Source of the DNA: Eledone cirrhosa
Taxonomy: Eukaryota
Length of the DNA: 64,000 nt
Assembly (NCBI GenBank): GCA_964016885.1
Contig: OZ024740.1
Location: 107,880,001 to 107,944,000 of the forward strand
Direction: 5' to 3'
Part shown: in pieces, positions 12,537 through 23,770 of the stretch
How positions within the stretch are numbered: the stretch's first letter is position 1
Layout of the letters: every line of letters begins with the position of its first letter
Notes under the pieces: generated by a model
What the model was told of the DNA's origin: nothing
Seen by the model: the letters and a program-made list of their open reading frames with translations, nothing else
The model's database searches: none
Program-made: the position numbers and the translations under genes

Positions 12537-12540
<4 letters not shown>
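11869..12540. mobile_element. Penelope-like short insert: long inverted arms, hammerhead in spacer, 3' tail, embedded in (TA)n
   Basis: Arms 11869-12106 and 12286-12482 are reverse complements; tail 12487-12540; second copy at 25708-26033. Confidence 0.7.
12120..12160 (-). ncRNA. Minimal type I hammerhead motif
   Basis: cgttg-CTGACGA-t-agct aata agct-t-GAAA-CTAG-TA-cagcg; palindromic ACTAGT stem III, GUA cleavage triplet. Confidence 0.65.
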
Positions 12541-12607
<67 letters not shown>

Positions 12608-13640
12608 TACATATATGGGTATAGCTAGAACATCTTTTATCATAGGCCCATGCTAGATCAGGGCTTACTCATGGCTAAACAATAAGCAAGATTACATTGG
12701 CTAATGTAGTCTTAGATACACTATGTCTGAAAGATGGGATGGTTGTGGTTAGGACAACTATGATCATAACTCCACTCTATTAGAACTGACCTGTGGTTAA
12801 ATAACAACCACATTAGCTTGAAGAACCTAAAGGAGAAGGGATGAGTTCTAGAGACACTGCCTTATAGAGAGACTCTTCTGCAAGTTAATGAATATAAGAT
12901 AGAATGGTGACAAAGGCTTTCTATATATATATTTTTACACACAAATATATATACCATCATTAATATATAACACCCAGTACACACTGTAAAGTATTTGGTG
13001 ATAGGAAAGGCATCCAGTCATAGAAAACCTGCCAAACAAAGACATCAAAGACATAGCAACTTCCCCTGTGTACTTGAGAACATAAGACCATACATAAGCA
13101 GAATATTGACTTTCTGACCTGTCTCAGATATAAAAACACACACACTATCACAAACCGACACACAAATCCAAATTCACAGACACACACACACACACACATG
13201 CACTTATTGACTCACAAACATACACAAGAAAAACATTACCTTGCTCACAAATATACACACAAATACAGACACAGACACACATACTAACTCACATACATGT
13301 TACATTGGTATCTTGATTGGCTCTAGTAGACTTCTAATTAGCCAATGAAATATCATGTTACATAAGCAGTTGGTAGGGTTGGCATGTCTTGGTATTTTCT
13401 GATAGAACACACCTGTAAACCACCTGAGGGCTATGATGAAAAAGGATGTAAAGATGATGATGGGTAGGAGGGAGAAGGGGTGGGGAGGAGGGAGAAGGGG
13501 TGGGGGTGGAAGAGGAAGAGGATAATGATGATATACTTAATTGAAGAGTATTAGTGTGTGTGTGTGTGTGACAGTTGTTCTCCAACTTAGATTAAATATG
13601 GAAAACAGATGGTATATATATATATATATATATATATACT

Positions 13641-13800
13641 CATTTATATTAAGGCTAAAAGTGAGTCTTGTTACTCTGGAGTTTCGCCTGTGATAAACAG
13701 AGTAACAAGACTCACTTTTTAGCCTTAATATAAATGAATACTAAACCTCTACTTCAATATTGAGTACTCCTTTCTCTCAGCCTTCAATTGCATATGGATA
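13641..13800. mobile_element. Penelope-like short insert with 38-bp inverted arms and tail
   Basis: 13641-13678 and 13698-13736 inverted; half-hammerhead GAAACTCCAGAGTA on minus; TA flanks. Confidence 0.6.
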
Positions 13801-14409
13801 TATATGTGTGTGTGTGTATGCTGATTATCTAGTTCACATACCTGACTCAGTCCAAGATATAAAGACAAAATTCCAAACATGGAAGCAAAATCTAGAATTG
13901 AGAGACCTGAAAATAAACCTAGTAATGACTAAAGTTTTAATTAGCAAAATTGAAGACAAGGCCCCTCTATCATTCAGAAGAGTGGACATACCCAATAAAC
14001 AGAAAAGAAGCAAGCAAGAATTCTATGTTCTGTATTATAAGTTTGTGAAAAATGACAAGTTGCTTTAAGATTGCTTCATGGTTTAAGGGGGGAAAAGAAT
14101 GTTCCAGATACAAGAAGCAACTTTGTGAGTTATTTCAGTAGCGGTCAGTTGGATGAGAGCTTAGTCAGATGACCTGAAGGGACAGTAAATATTCAAACAA
14201 ATCTAAGGAAATGTTATCTATGTTTAAAGACAAGAATAGTTTAATATCAATGAGAAAGAGAGACAGTATATCCTCTGGTAAACACACATCCTGTTTAAAC
14301 AAGCAATACACACATAAACTAAACAATAAATACATTTAAAAATATACACAGCAAATATGTATAAATAATAGCTATATATATATATAGAAAGAGAGAGATG
14401 CTGACTCAC

Positions 14410-14426
14410 ATCATCAGTGTTATCAT
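14410..14426 (-). CDS. Candidate coding tip of an alternative first exon (MITLM+2 nt)
   Basis: aagATGATAACACTGATGAT|GTGAGT in a repeat-free island with an A-rich leader. Confidence 0.3.
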
Positions 14427-14954
14427 CTTAATTCAATTTTTTATTTTTTTTTTTATTATTATCTTTTTTCCTTTTTTTTTTGTCTTTTCTGGTGAAACAG
14501 ACTGGAAGAAATAGCAAAATGCTTTCTTTTTAATTTCTTCAGTTTTTGGTCATTTCCTATGATAATTCCAAAACTTTTAGTTTTCCTCGGCTGACAACAT
14601 ACTTAGATTCTCTCGGCCTACTTCACTTCACATGTAACTAACTTCTTCAATATCAAAGTATTTCTTTATCTAGTTCTCATTTCTCATCACATGACTATCC
14701 CAATCTTTTGCAGACAGAATCTTATGCTTCTCAAAGAAGAAAAAAAAAAAAATAAATAAAATAAAAAGATAGCTGCTTTCTCAACTGACCTAAATTCCAT
14801 CCATGAACTTTTTCGAAATAAAACAGCTGTAATATAGAGAACTAAAAGAAGAGTACTACATATAACTAAAGCTAATTATTTGTAAAAATCAAAATATTAC
14901 TCACTCAGTTTGCAACTAATCATGTTATTTGAAGTTCTACAGAAATCAAAAGAA

Positions 14955-14995
14955 TTCTTACCTGAAAATAAGAAAAAAATATTGAGCATTTAGTT
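14955..14995 (-). promoter_or_regulatory. Candidate recursive splice site (3' splice site abutting a 5' splice site)
   Basis: ctaaatgctcaatatttttttcttattttCAG|GTAAGA, junction between 14962 and 14961. Confidence 0.45.
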
Positions 14996-16359
14996 TTATT
15001 ATTTATCAATTCAAAGAAAAATGGTAAAAATACAACTTAAATAGTTTACATAATTTTCTTTTCCATTAGAATTTCTGTTTGAAATCCTCATTCATAAAAA
15101 GGACTGAAAGGACTCTTCAGTCACATTAAAAACTAGACAACTTCTCCAGAGCTGATGCCACATAAAATGTACTGACAAAACACTGCAAAGTGGTGGTTGT
15201 TGTTGTTGTTGTTATTATAAAGAAGGTGATCTAGCTATAGAAACTATGCCAAAATGAAACATTTTAATTTTTTTTAGCACAACATGATCCCCTGATTTTT
15301 AACATCTTGATCAACCCATGCAAGCATGTCAACATCATCATCATCGTTTTACACCCATTCTTCCATGCTGGTATGGGTTACTTGAGTTGTCCTGTTGTGG
15401 GCAATGCTAGGTCGAGTGACTAGGTCTTGCTCATACAGAACTAATTTTGGCGTGGTTTCTACAGCTGGAGGCCCTTCCTAATGCCAACCTCATTTACAGT
15501 ATAAAATGATGACAATGATGATGATGATGATGAAAAAACTGTTTCTTCCATCATACTCATTCATACTCCCTCCTGTAGGTCATCAGTCACCTTTTATTCA
15601 CATTCTCAGTCATGTTTTCCATGAAAGAACGGAGACTGTGTAAAGTAGTGAGGATTCTTTAGCTGCAACGATGACAAAGCAACCTCATTAGTGTTGACAC
15701 CATGTTGAAATACACCTAGTACACTCTGTAAAGCAGCTGGTAATTGAGTGATAACAGTATAGGGTAGAGAGGACACTTCAGTGATGTAAAAGTACTGGTG
15801 CCACAATGAAATACACCCACTACTCTCTGTAAAGTGGCCAGTATTAGAAATGACATCCAGCCATAAAAACCATGCCAAAAAATGGAACAAATGAATGAGA
15901 TATAGTTTTTCAACCTGTCTAAAATAAACTGATACTGACGGTGGCAACCTATCCAACTTATGACAGCATAGAAATAAGAGATGAAATAATGATGATGATG
16001 ATAGCAGTGGGATAGTATTTTTATAAACCAAAATTCTGACAGTTGAGGGCTTCCAAAAACTGTTTAATTCTTGAATTGAAATTCAAATTAAAAATTGTGA
16101 ATTTACAATTCAAATTTCAGTTTTTATTGGATTTTAATTATAATTTCAGGTAAAAATAAATAATTTCTAATTCAGTTTCTTTCAATGCCACTTTATACTC
16201 AGTTTCATCAATTTAAAGTTTTAAATTGAAGAAAAAAATGTTTGGTTAACATAGAAAAATCATATAATAAAGCTTCCGATACCAAATCAGCTGAAACTAC
16301 CCCTGGTTCTGTGATTCAAAGCCATTTGTTTAAAAGTTTTCATATTTGAAAAGTATGCA

Positions 16360-17450
16360 GAGTACAATGTCCCTTTGGTTATTGACCTGGTCAATTACAA
16401 GACCTTTGATACCATAGAGATCCTGGACATGATCGGGATGCTTCAAGAACAGGGTGTCAAGCCCATCTATATCAATGTTCTCTGACATATCTACAAAAAT
16501 GTAAGATCATATATCCAAATATACAAAGATTAAAAGCCTTTTTGGCTTCAATGAGGAATATAACAGAGGGACATTAGTTCTCCAAAGCTCTTCACAGCAG
16601 TCCTTGGAAGGGGTCTTTTGAAAATTCTGATGGGAAGAAAGGGGCATCAAGATCAACAGCGAATATCTAAATTACCTTAGGTTCACTAATGATATCATCT
16701 TCTTCGCCAGCAACAGAGAAGAACTACAACAAATGCTCAATTAACTGAATTCAGCTAGCTTAGAAGTTGATCTGAGCATGAACCTCAAAAAGACCAAAAT
16801 CATGTGCAATAAATACACTCGGGATGCAGACCTGATCATCACAATCAAAAACAATGAGATCAAGGAGGTCAATCACTACATCTACCTCGATCAGCACATT
16901 TCAATGGATTTAGCATCCAAAGAACAAGAAATCAAGTGCCGCATCACACTGGGGTTGCCTTTGGAAGAGCGAGTGCTATCGTCAAGAACAAAGACATGCC
17001 AATCATCTTAAAACATCAAGTTTATGACCAGTGTATTCTGCTTACTGTTACCTATGGATCAGAACCTAGAACCTAACAAAAAAGCCAAACTCTAAAGCTA
17101 CAAACAATGCAAACAGCCCATGAAAGGATCATATTAAACATCATATGGCAAGATCGAAAAACTGCCAAATGGATCTGAGAAAAAAAAATTCACAACATCC
17201 TAGAAATCATTAGCAAAGCAAAATGGAAATGGATGGAACACACTGGCAGAATGATTGACAACAGATGGACCACCCATATCACCTTCTGGACCCCACAAGG
17301 TCACACAAGAAACCTAGGCCACCAGAAGACCAGGTGATGAGACAATTTCAAAAATATTGAAAAATGTTGGCCACAACTGGCTCAGCATCAGCAAAGATAG
17401 CACAGCTCATGGAAGGCCTATGTTCAACACCGGACTTTCTAGGGCTGAAG
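16360..17450 (+). mobile_element. Degraded RTE/BovB-like LINE RT region (different family)
   Basis: Remnant motifs DYKTFD, GDISSPKLF, LRFTNDI, MNLKKTKIM, YIYL; many stops and frameshifts. Confidence 0.8.
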
Positions 17451-18313
17451 ACATACATACAGACAGACAGATATTTGAATATAAACCTTGTGTCATAATT
17501 TTATGTAAGAACATTTTGTTATGCCCTAAACACCAATGTAATAAGAAAGTTAGTTATTTTACTAAATTCCTCTAAACTCCTGATTATTTTCAAATTTATT
17601 TGAAAATCATAGCCAGTGTGTTTTATTAGAAGTATAGTAATAGAAGAGTTAATTTAAAACACATCATAGTTTTATTAATGCAAGATTCTAAACAGAAAAA
17701 AAATGGAAAAAATAAAAATAAACTGTAATTCAATGTTTGTTTGGCATAAAAAATAGGATGTTAAGTGTATTATTATTATGTCAAGTTTAGCTCAGCTTAG
17801 TGTTCATTGAAATGGAATGGTTTATCCAAAACATCTCTTCAAACCAGAGAAATCTCTCCTCCTCGCCCTCTCTTCCCCACACTCTCTATCTCTATCTCAC
17901 TCATTTCCAGACCATTTCACAAATGTATGTTGGGATTTGAATGTAAAACAGGCTTTCTACAATTGAATTAAAAATAGTGCTATGTTTTTTCTTGAGAATG
18001 AATACACCTCAATGATAAAACATACTCCTGCTTTAACCCTTTTGATACCAGCCTGACCAAAACCACCTTTGGTTCTATGGAACAAAATGACTCCTTTTCA
18101 CCCTTTTCATGATCATATTTCTAATAAAATAAACTGTATTTGAATTAATGAAGAATTTGGGAGGATTTACTAAAATTAATCTGATTAGTAAGATGATATT
18201 TGTTACATAGTAAAAGATTCTTCTATAAAATCTTGTTTGAAGATTTTAATTTAAATAGTAACCTTTGAAAATGGGTGGTTTGGGGCAGATTGATATCAAA
18301 CAAATTAAGGAGT

Positions 18314-20749
18314 TCAACTATAAAAAAGGGAGGAGCGCGGGACTGCATACAGTTTATAATTTTTTATCCCATTAGTAAAATAAGTTACACTACTTTGAAT
18401 AAATAATGAATGAATATTACATAATTTCTCTACTAAATTTCGTGGCTGTTGATTAAATATATTTTGTTTATTTAAAGATTCACTTCTTTAAAATTTCTGA
18501 AATGTCAACACTTCCGGTTGGCCATCGCTTAAATAAACATACTAATTTTCTGTCACTAATTTTTTCCTAATGCAGTTTATATATAACTTGCAGTAAAGCC
18601 CGGCATTGCTCGGGGCTGCTCAGTAGCTGTGTTAAAGTTACAATGTTAAGTTCCTTTCTTGGCTTAAAAACTGTAGAGTCTACAGTGAAGACTTTCATGT
18701 GGTACTTTTGATTAATATTCCCTCAACCAACAGTATGCCTTATGAAGTTAAGAAAACATAACCATAACTCGAATGTTAAAACAAAAGAGGATGCTGGGGA
18801 TAAAAACTGCAATGGTAATCTATTAACAAAAATCGAAAATGTAAACACTGCAACACTTGTCTCAGAGAAAAACATCAGCGTAACCAAAATATCAGTTATT
18901 CTGAAACAAAGAAATTGGATGGACATGAAAAAAAAAAAAAAAAAAAAAATGCAATTTTATCGCCTATATCACCTCTCTGCACAACTGTCTGTTTGCATGC
19001 CTCCATCGTCTATCAGCCCGACTGTCTGTCTGCACAACTTTATCGCCTATATCACCCCTCTGCACGACTGTCTGTCTGCACAACTTTATCGCCTATAGCA
19101 GTAAAGCCCGGCGTTGCTCGGGGCTGCTCAGTAGCTGTGTTAAAGTTACAATGTTAAGTTCCTTTCACATTCAAACGTAGCCCATATGTCAAGTTTTGTG
19201 AAAATCGGTTGCAAACTCCAGAAGTTATGACGTTTTGTTGCATTGCACTGCAGTGCTTCAGTCGACTCCAAGGAAGTGGTTAAAGGGGGTTATCTGCCGG
19301 GAGGCCCTATAATCAATATCTAGAAAAATGAAAGTACCCAGGACCATCTGGAGTACATAAGTAACGTATGTCTTAAGTTTGGTGAAAATTCTGTAGAAAT
19401 GCATAAGGTTTACACACACGCGCGCACTTGTGTGTGTGTGTGTATGTATTTGTGTGTGCGTATGTATGTGTATGTCCGTTGGCGCATACGTATGTACTGG
19501 CCTAAATCTTCACTATTTACTTTTACTATTTTAAGGCAAAGTTAAAATCCCGTCGAGGTTAACTTTGCCTTTCATCATTACGAGGTTGATAAAATAAAGT
19601 ACCAGTAATGTACTGGCTATTTGCTGGCCTTGTGCCAAAAGTAGAAACAACTATTTTAATAACTTCTGTTATTTTCGTTTACAATTTTATTTACATCATT
19701 TTTAAACTCCGGGGCTGGAAATCATTCGGTTATTTTAAATAGAATATTAGTCTAGCGACTCCATTTACACCATAAACTTGGTCTCGTCTTTGCATGAAAT
19801 TGTTCTTCTCAGTCCACAAAAACGTATTATCCTCACTTTTTTTCCGTTCATTGCCAGGGAACATCTTCACGAACCAAAATATCGTCTTCCTGTTTTCCTT
19901 CGGTTGCAACGTTTCTCGAAATATTTAATTCTGTGTTCACAGATTGAATTTTTTAGTTTAAGAAGATCCCGTTAATGTTGAAAGCAGCAATTCTTTGCTT
20001 AAACTTTCTTTCTTTCTCAACCCTCTCCCTTTTTTCTCGTACCCTCTCTCTCTCTCACTCATACCCCCTCTCTCTCTCTTCCTCTACAGAATGGAGAACA
20101 ATAAAGAACGCGCAGATCTCTCTCTCTCTCTGTGTGTGTGTGTGAACCAGCGTTTGTCGCCATTCTCTCTCTCTATCTGATTATCTTGTACCTCTCTCTG
20201 AATAACAACCTATCTCACTCTCTCTCTCTACATCTCCCTTTCTCTCTTTAGATGTATATGTATATGTGTGATATATATATATAGAGAGAGTTGCAACATG
20301 TATGTAGTTTCATAGATTTTTTAGGATAGTAGACAGAGTGAATAAGCATGTAAAAGAGAGGGTTACAGCATGTATTTAGTTTTATCGATTTTTTTTCATA
20401 GCAGCAGGAAATTTTTGGCAAAAGTTATTACACGTTGACCATTCTTGGTAAATTTGGAGCACATTGGAAAAAAAATCATCAAAATCGGTAGAGAAATGTG
20501 GAAATGCATAAAAATCATACATACACACACTCAGACATCTTCCGTTTTATATATAGAGATATCGTCTTTTTTTAATCTATCATGGATTACGTTACTGATT
20601 ACATAAGACAGTGTAACACAGTCTTCGTTCAATTTCTGTGTATATTGTCAATTGCGATTTTATTTGATCATATCTACTTGCGTATAATATCAATATACAC
20701 ACTACACATACTAGCAGAAAAACCACCCAATAGGTGGTTTTTCTGCTAG
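18314..20749 (+). mobile_element. Older non-autonomous Helitron-like element split by a second Helitron
   Basis: 18314-18586 and 20560-20700 are contiguous in the homologous copy at 21452-22010; ends in hairpin + CTAG|T at 20749. Confidence 0.6.
18587..20559 (-). mobile_element. Composite non-autonomous Helitron with two 3' ends
   Basis: 5' A|TCTCTATATATAAAAC at 20559; 3' cccgagcaaYgccgggctttactgc at ~19097 and ~18590; A|T insertion site; same family as 49899-51161. Confidence 0.7.
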
Positions 20750-21451
20750 TAATATTAAGAACCATTTGATACAAATACTATCTTAATAATGGTTTCTGAT
20801 TTAGGCACAAGGCCAACAATTTTTGGGGAAGGGTAAGTCGATTAAATCAACCCCAGTACATTACTGGTATTTTATTTTATTGACTCCGTAAAGAAAGACA
20901 AAGCTAACTTCAGCAGTATTTGAAATCAAAACATAAAGGGATATAACTCCATGCACCAAAGCATATTGTCTGACGCCATACCAATGCTGCCAATCCACCA
21001 CCCTTAAATGAATAAAAATATTTATTTATTTTAGTAAATTCTTCCAAATTCTTCATTGGTTAACTGAAATACAGTATATGCCCTTACAAATATGGTAATG
21101 AAAAGATTAAACATTACAAATTGAAAGAAAATATACATAGGCACACCAGCTATTTTCCAGCACCATTGGTTCCAGAGCCATGCCAAATTGTCCATTTTAC
21201 CAGACTAGATAATAATTCATAAGAAAAATATGAAGCCAGAAGCATTCTTTCTACACCTCAACTACATTGATATGAAGGCACAAATAATTGAAATTAATTC
21301 AAATGCCATATCTAACCTCCTAACATGAATTAACTACTTTGGCTAGTTGTATAAATTCAAGTGTCCACCCATAATTAAGTTTGGATTAGAAGAGATACCA
21401 GACAAACAGATGCCAGGAAATCCATGGTGTACCTATATATATATATATATA

Positions 21452-22010
21452 TCATAACTATAATAAAGAGAGGAGTGTGGGACTGCGTCCCAAATATATT
21501 TTTTTATCCCGTTAGTAAAATAAGTTAAATTACTTTGAATAAATAATGAATGAATATTACATAATTTATCTACTAAATTTCGTAGCTGTTGATTAAACAT
21601 AAATATTCTTATATATAATGATTGCTTATTTTGAGATTCACTTCTTTTAAAATTTTCAAATGTCTACACTTCCGGTTAGCGTCCATTATATCACTAACTT
21701 TACCTTGCATCCTTACGGGGTCGATAAAATAAAGTACCAGTAACCTACTGGGTAATTGCTGGCCTTGTGCCAAATGTAGAAATAATTATATCATAACACT
21801 TATTACATTGCCTATATAAACATCCATATATTTGCCTCGTTATATAACGTTTCATTACATTTCAGCGTAATGCAGTTTATATATAATATATTTTTTAAAT
21901 GTATCATGGATTACTTTACTGATTACAGAAGAGAATGTAACACAGTCTCTCTTCAGCTTCTGTGCATATTGTCAATTACGATTTTATTTGACATATATCT
22001 ACATGCATGT
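21452..22010 (+). mobile_element. Helitron-like element copy (empty-site equivalent of 18314-20749), containing a SINE fragment
   Basis: Starts TCATAACTATAATAAAG; colinear with 18314-18586 plus 20560-20700. Confidence 0.55.
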
Positions 22011-23630
22011 ATCATCATCTCATCATCATCTTCGTGTAACGTCCATTTTCTACGCTAGCATGGGTTAGACAGGAGTTGTCCCACTTGAGGCAAGGTTGGT
22101 TGGGTGACCGTGTCTCGCTCATATAGGACTATCTGGCAGGTTTTCTACAGCTGGATGCCCTTCCTAACACCAACCACATTTACAGTGTGGAACTGGGAAC
22201 TTTTTACCATGTTACTTACACGGCCACATTACAGCGTGGACTGTGTTTTTTCTCGTGACACCTACACGATCTCGATCTCGATCTCATTATCTCATTTATT
22301 TGGACTGGATGTTGTGGTACCAACTTTATAGAGGGAGGGTGATGTTGGTGGGAGTGGGAGGATAGGGTAGGGGTAGTGGATTGGGGTGTATATTTGGTTA
22401 AAAGGTGCCTACTGACTGTAGGTTTTGCTTTGTACATAGGCAAGGCGGGTCTTCTGTATTACTGCGTAGAGCCAAAGATCTCGGTCCAGTGACATTGTCT
22501 TAGAGAGGTGCAAGTGTGTAAGGTCAGAATTTATCAGATCGACCCAGGTTTTTCTGGGTCTACCTATTCCGTAACTACCATCAATTTTGATCGCCCTGCA
22601 CTTTTTTATACAGCTGTTGTCTTTCATGCGCATCACATGGCCATACCAACATAGTATTCTCTCAAGTAAACAGCATCTGATCCCTCTTATTCCTAATTTC
22701 TCACTTAGTTCATTTATGCTTTGCTGTTCACGTATATTACTATTACACATCCAACGGAGCATGTATGCTTCGTTCCTTTCCAGTCTGCACAGGTCCTCTG
22801 TACGCAATGCCCATGTCTCACTGCCATGTAGCATTGCTGTTCGTATACAAGCTTCATACAATCTGCCTTTCATTTTTAGAGAGAAACCTTTTGTGGCCAA
22901 CAGCGGTATAAGCTCTCTGAACTTTTTCCATCCAGTTCTGACTTTGGCTACTGTACTTTCAGAACACCCTCCACCACTGCTGATTTCGTCACCCAGGTAA
23001 CAGAAAGTGTCTACTATTTCTATAGAACCATCTGGGCAATAGAAGGAGTTAGTATCCTGTGGACACTTACTACCTATTGCACCTGAGCATCGGCCACATA
23101 TAAAGTCTACGTTCTTAGATAGTTTACCTGTGATCCAACTACATCTTTCATGTACCCATACTTTGCATTTGGGACATAAAACTGAATTTCTGCCTACTCC
23201 TTTTCTACACACTGAGCATGGCCATTTCCCTGAGGGTACCTGTGCCTTATTTTCCTTTCTACAAACTAGGACTTTAGTCTTAGACAAGTTAACTATAAGG
23301 CCTCTTGATTCTAGGCCATGCTTCCATGTTTGGAATTTCTTCTCTAGTTCAGCCATTGATTCAGCTATGAGTGTTAGATCATCTGCGTATAGGAGTTCCC
23401 ATGAGCAGCCGGTCTTGAACTCCTCTGTTATAGCCTAAAGGGCAATAATAAATAGGAGGGGTCTAAGGACAGAGCCTTGGTGAACACCAACTTTTACACT
23501 AAATTCTTCACAATATTCATTGTTAATTCTAACCTTGCTGACTGTTTCATTATATATAGCTTGTATAGCTCTCACAAACTATTCATCTACACCTAGTTTT
23601 CTAAGAGCCCACCAGATAATGGAGCGGGGT
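22011..23630 (-). mobile_element. 5'-truncated RTE LINE
   Basis: 315-aa ORF 22409-23356 plus upstream VGVHQGSVL and LLYADDL; (GAT)n tail. Confidence 0.92.
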
Positions 23631-23645
23631 CGTTTTTCTGCTAGT

Positions 23646-23770
23646 ATATATAACAAAGGTGTGGTAAGATACCAGGTGGACCATAACACACCAGAGTACT
23701 CGATACTTAGGTTAGTAGAGTGGGTAATATAAAAAGAGTCAGGACCCAGGTAAGGGTCCTGACTCTTTAT
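23646..23770 (-). mobile_element. Penelope-like short insert: 15-bp hairpin + tail in TA context
   Basis: aaagagtcaggaccc-aggtaa-gggtcctgactcttt (23733-23768); tail motif shared with 6826 and 13746. Confidence 0.5.

Noticed and set aside
13462-13510. G-quadruplex-like tracts (also ~25545-25577, 49098-49112)
   Set aside because: Low-complexity G runs with no functional context
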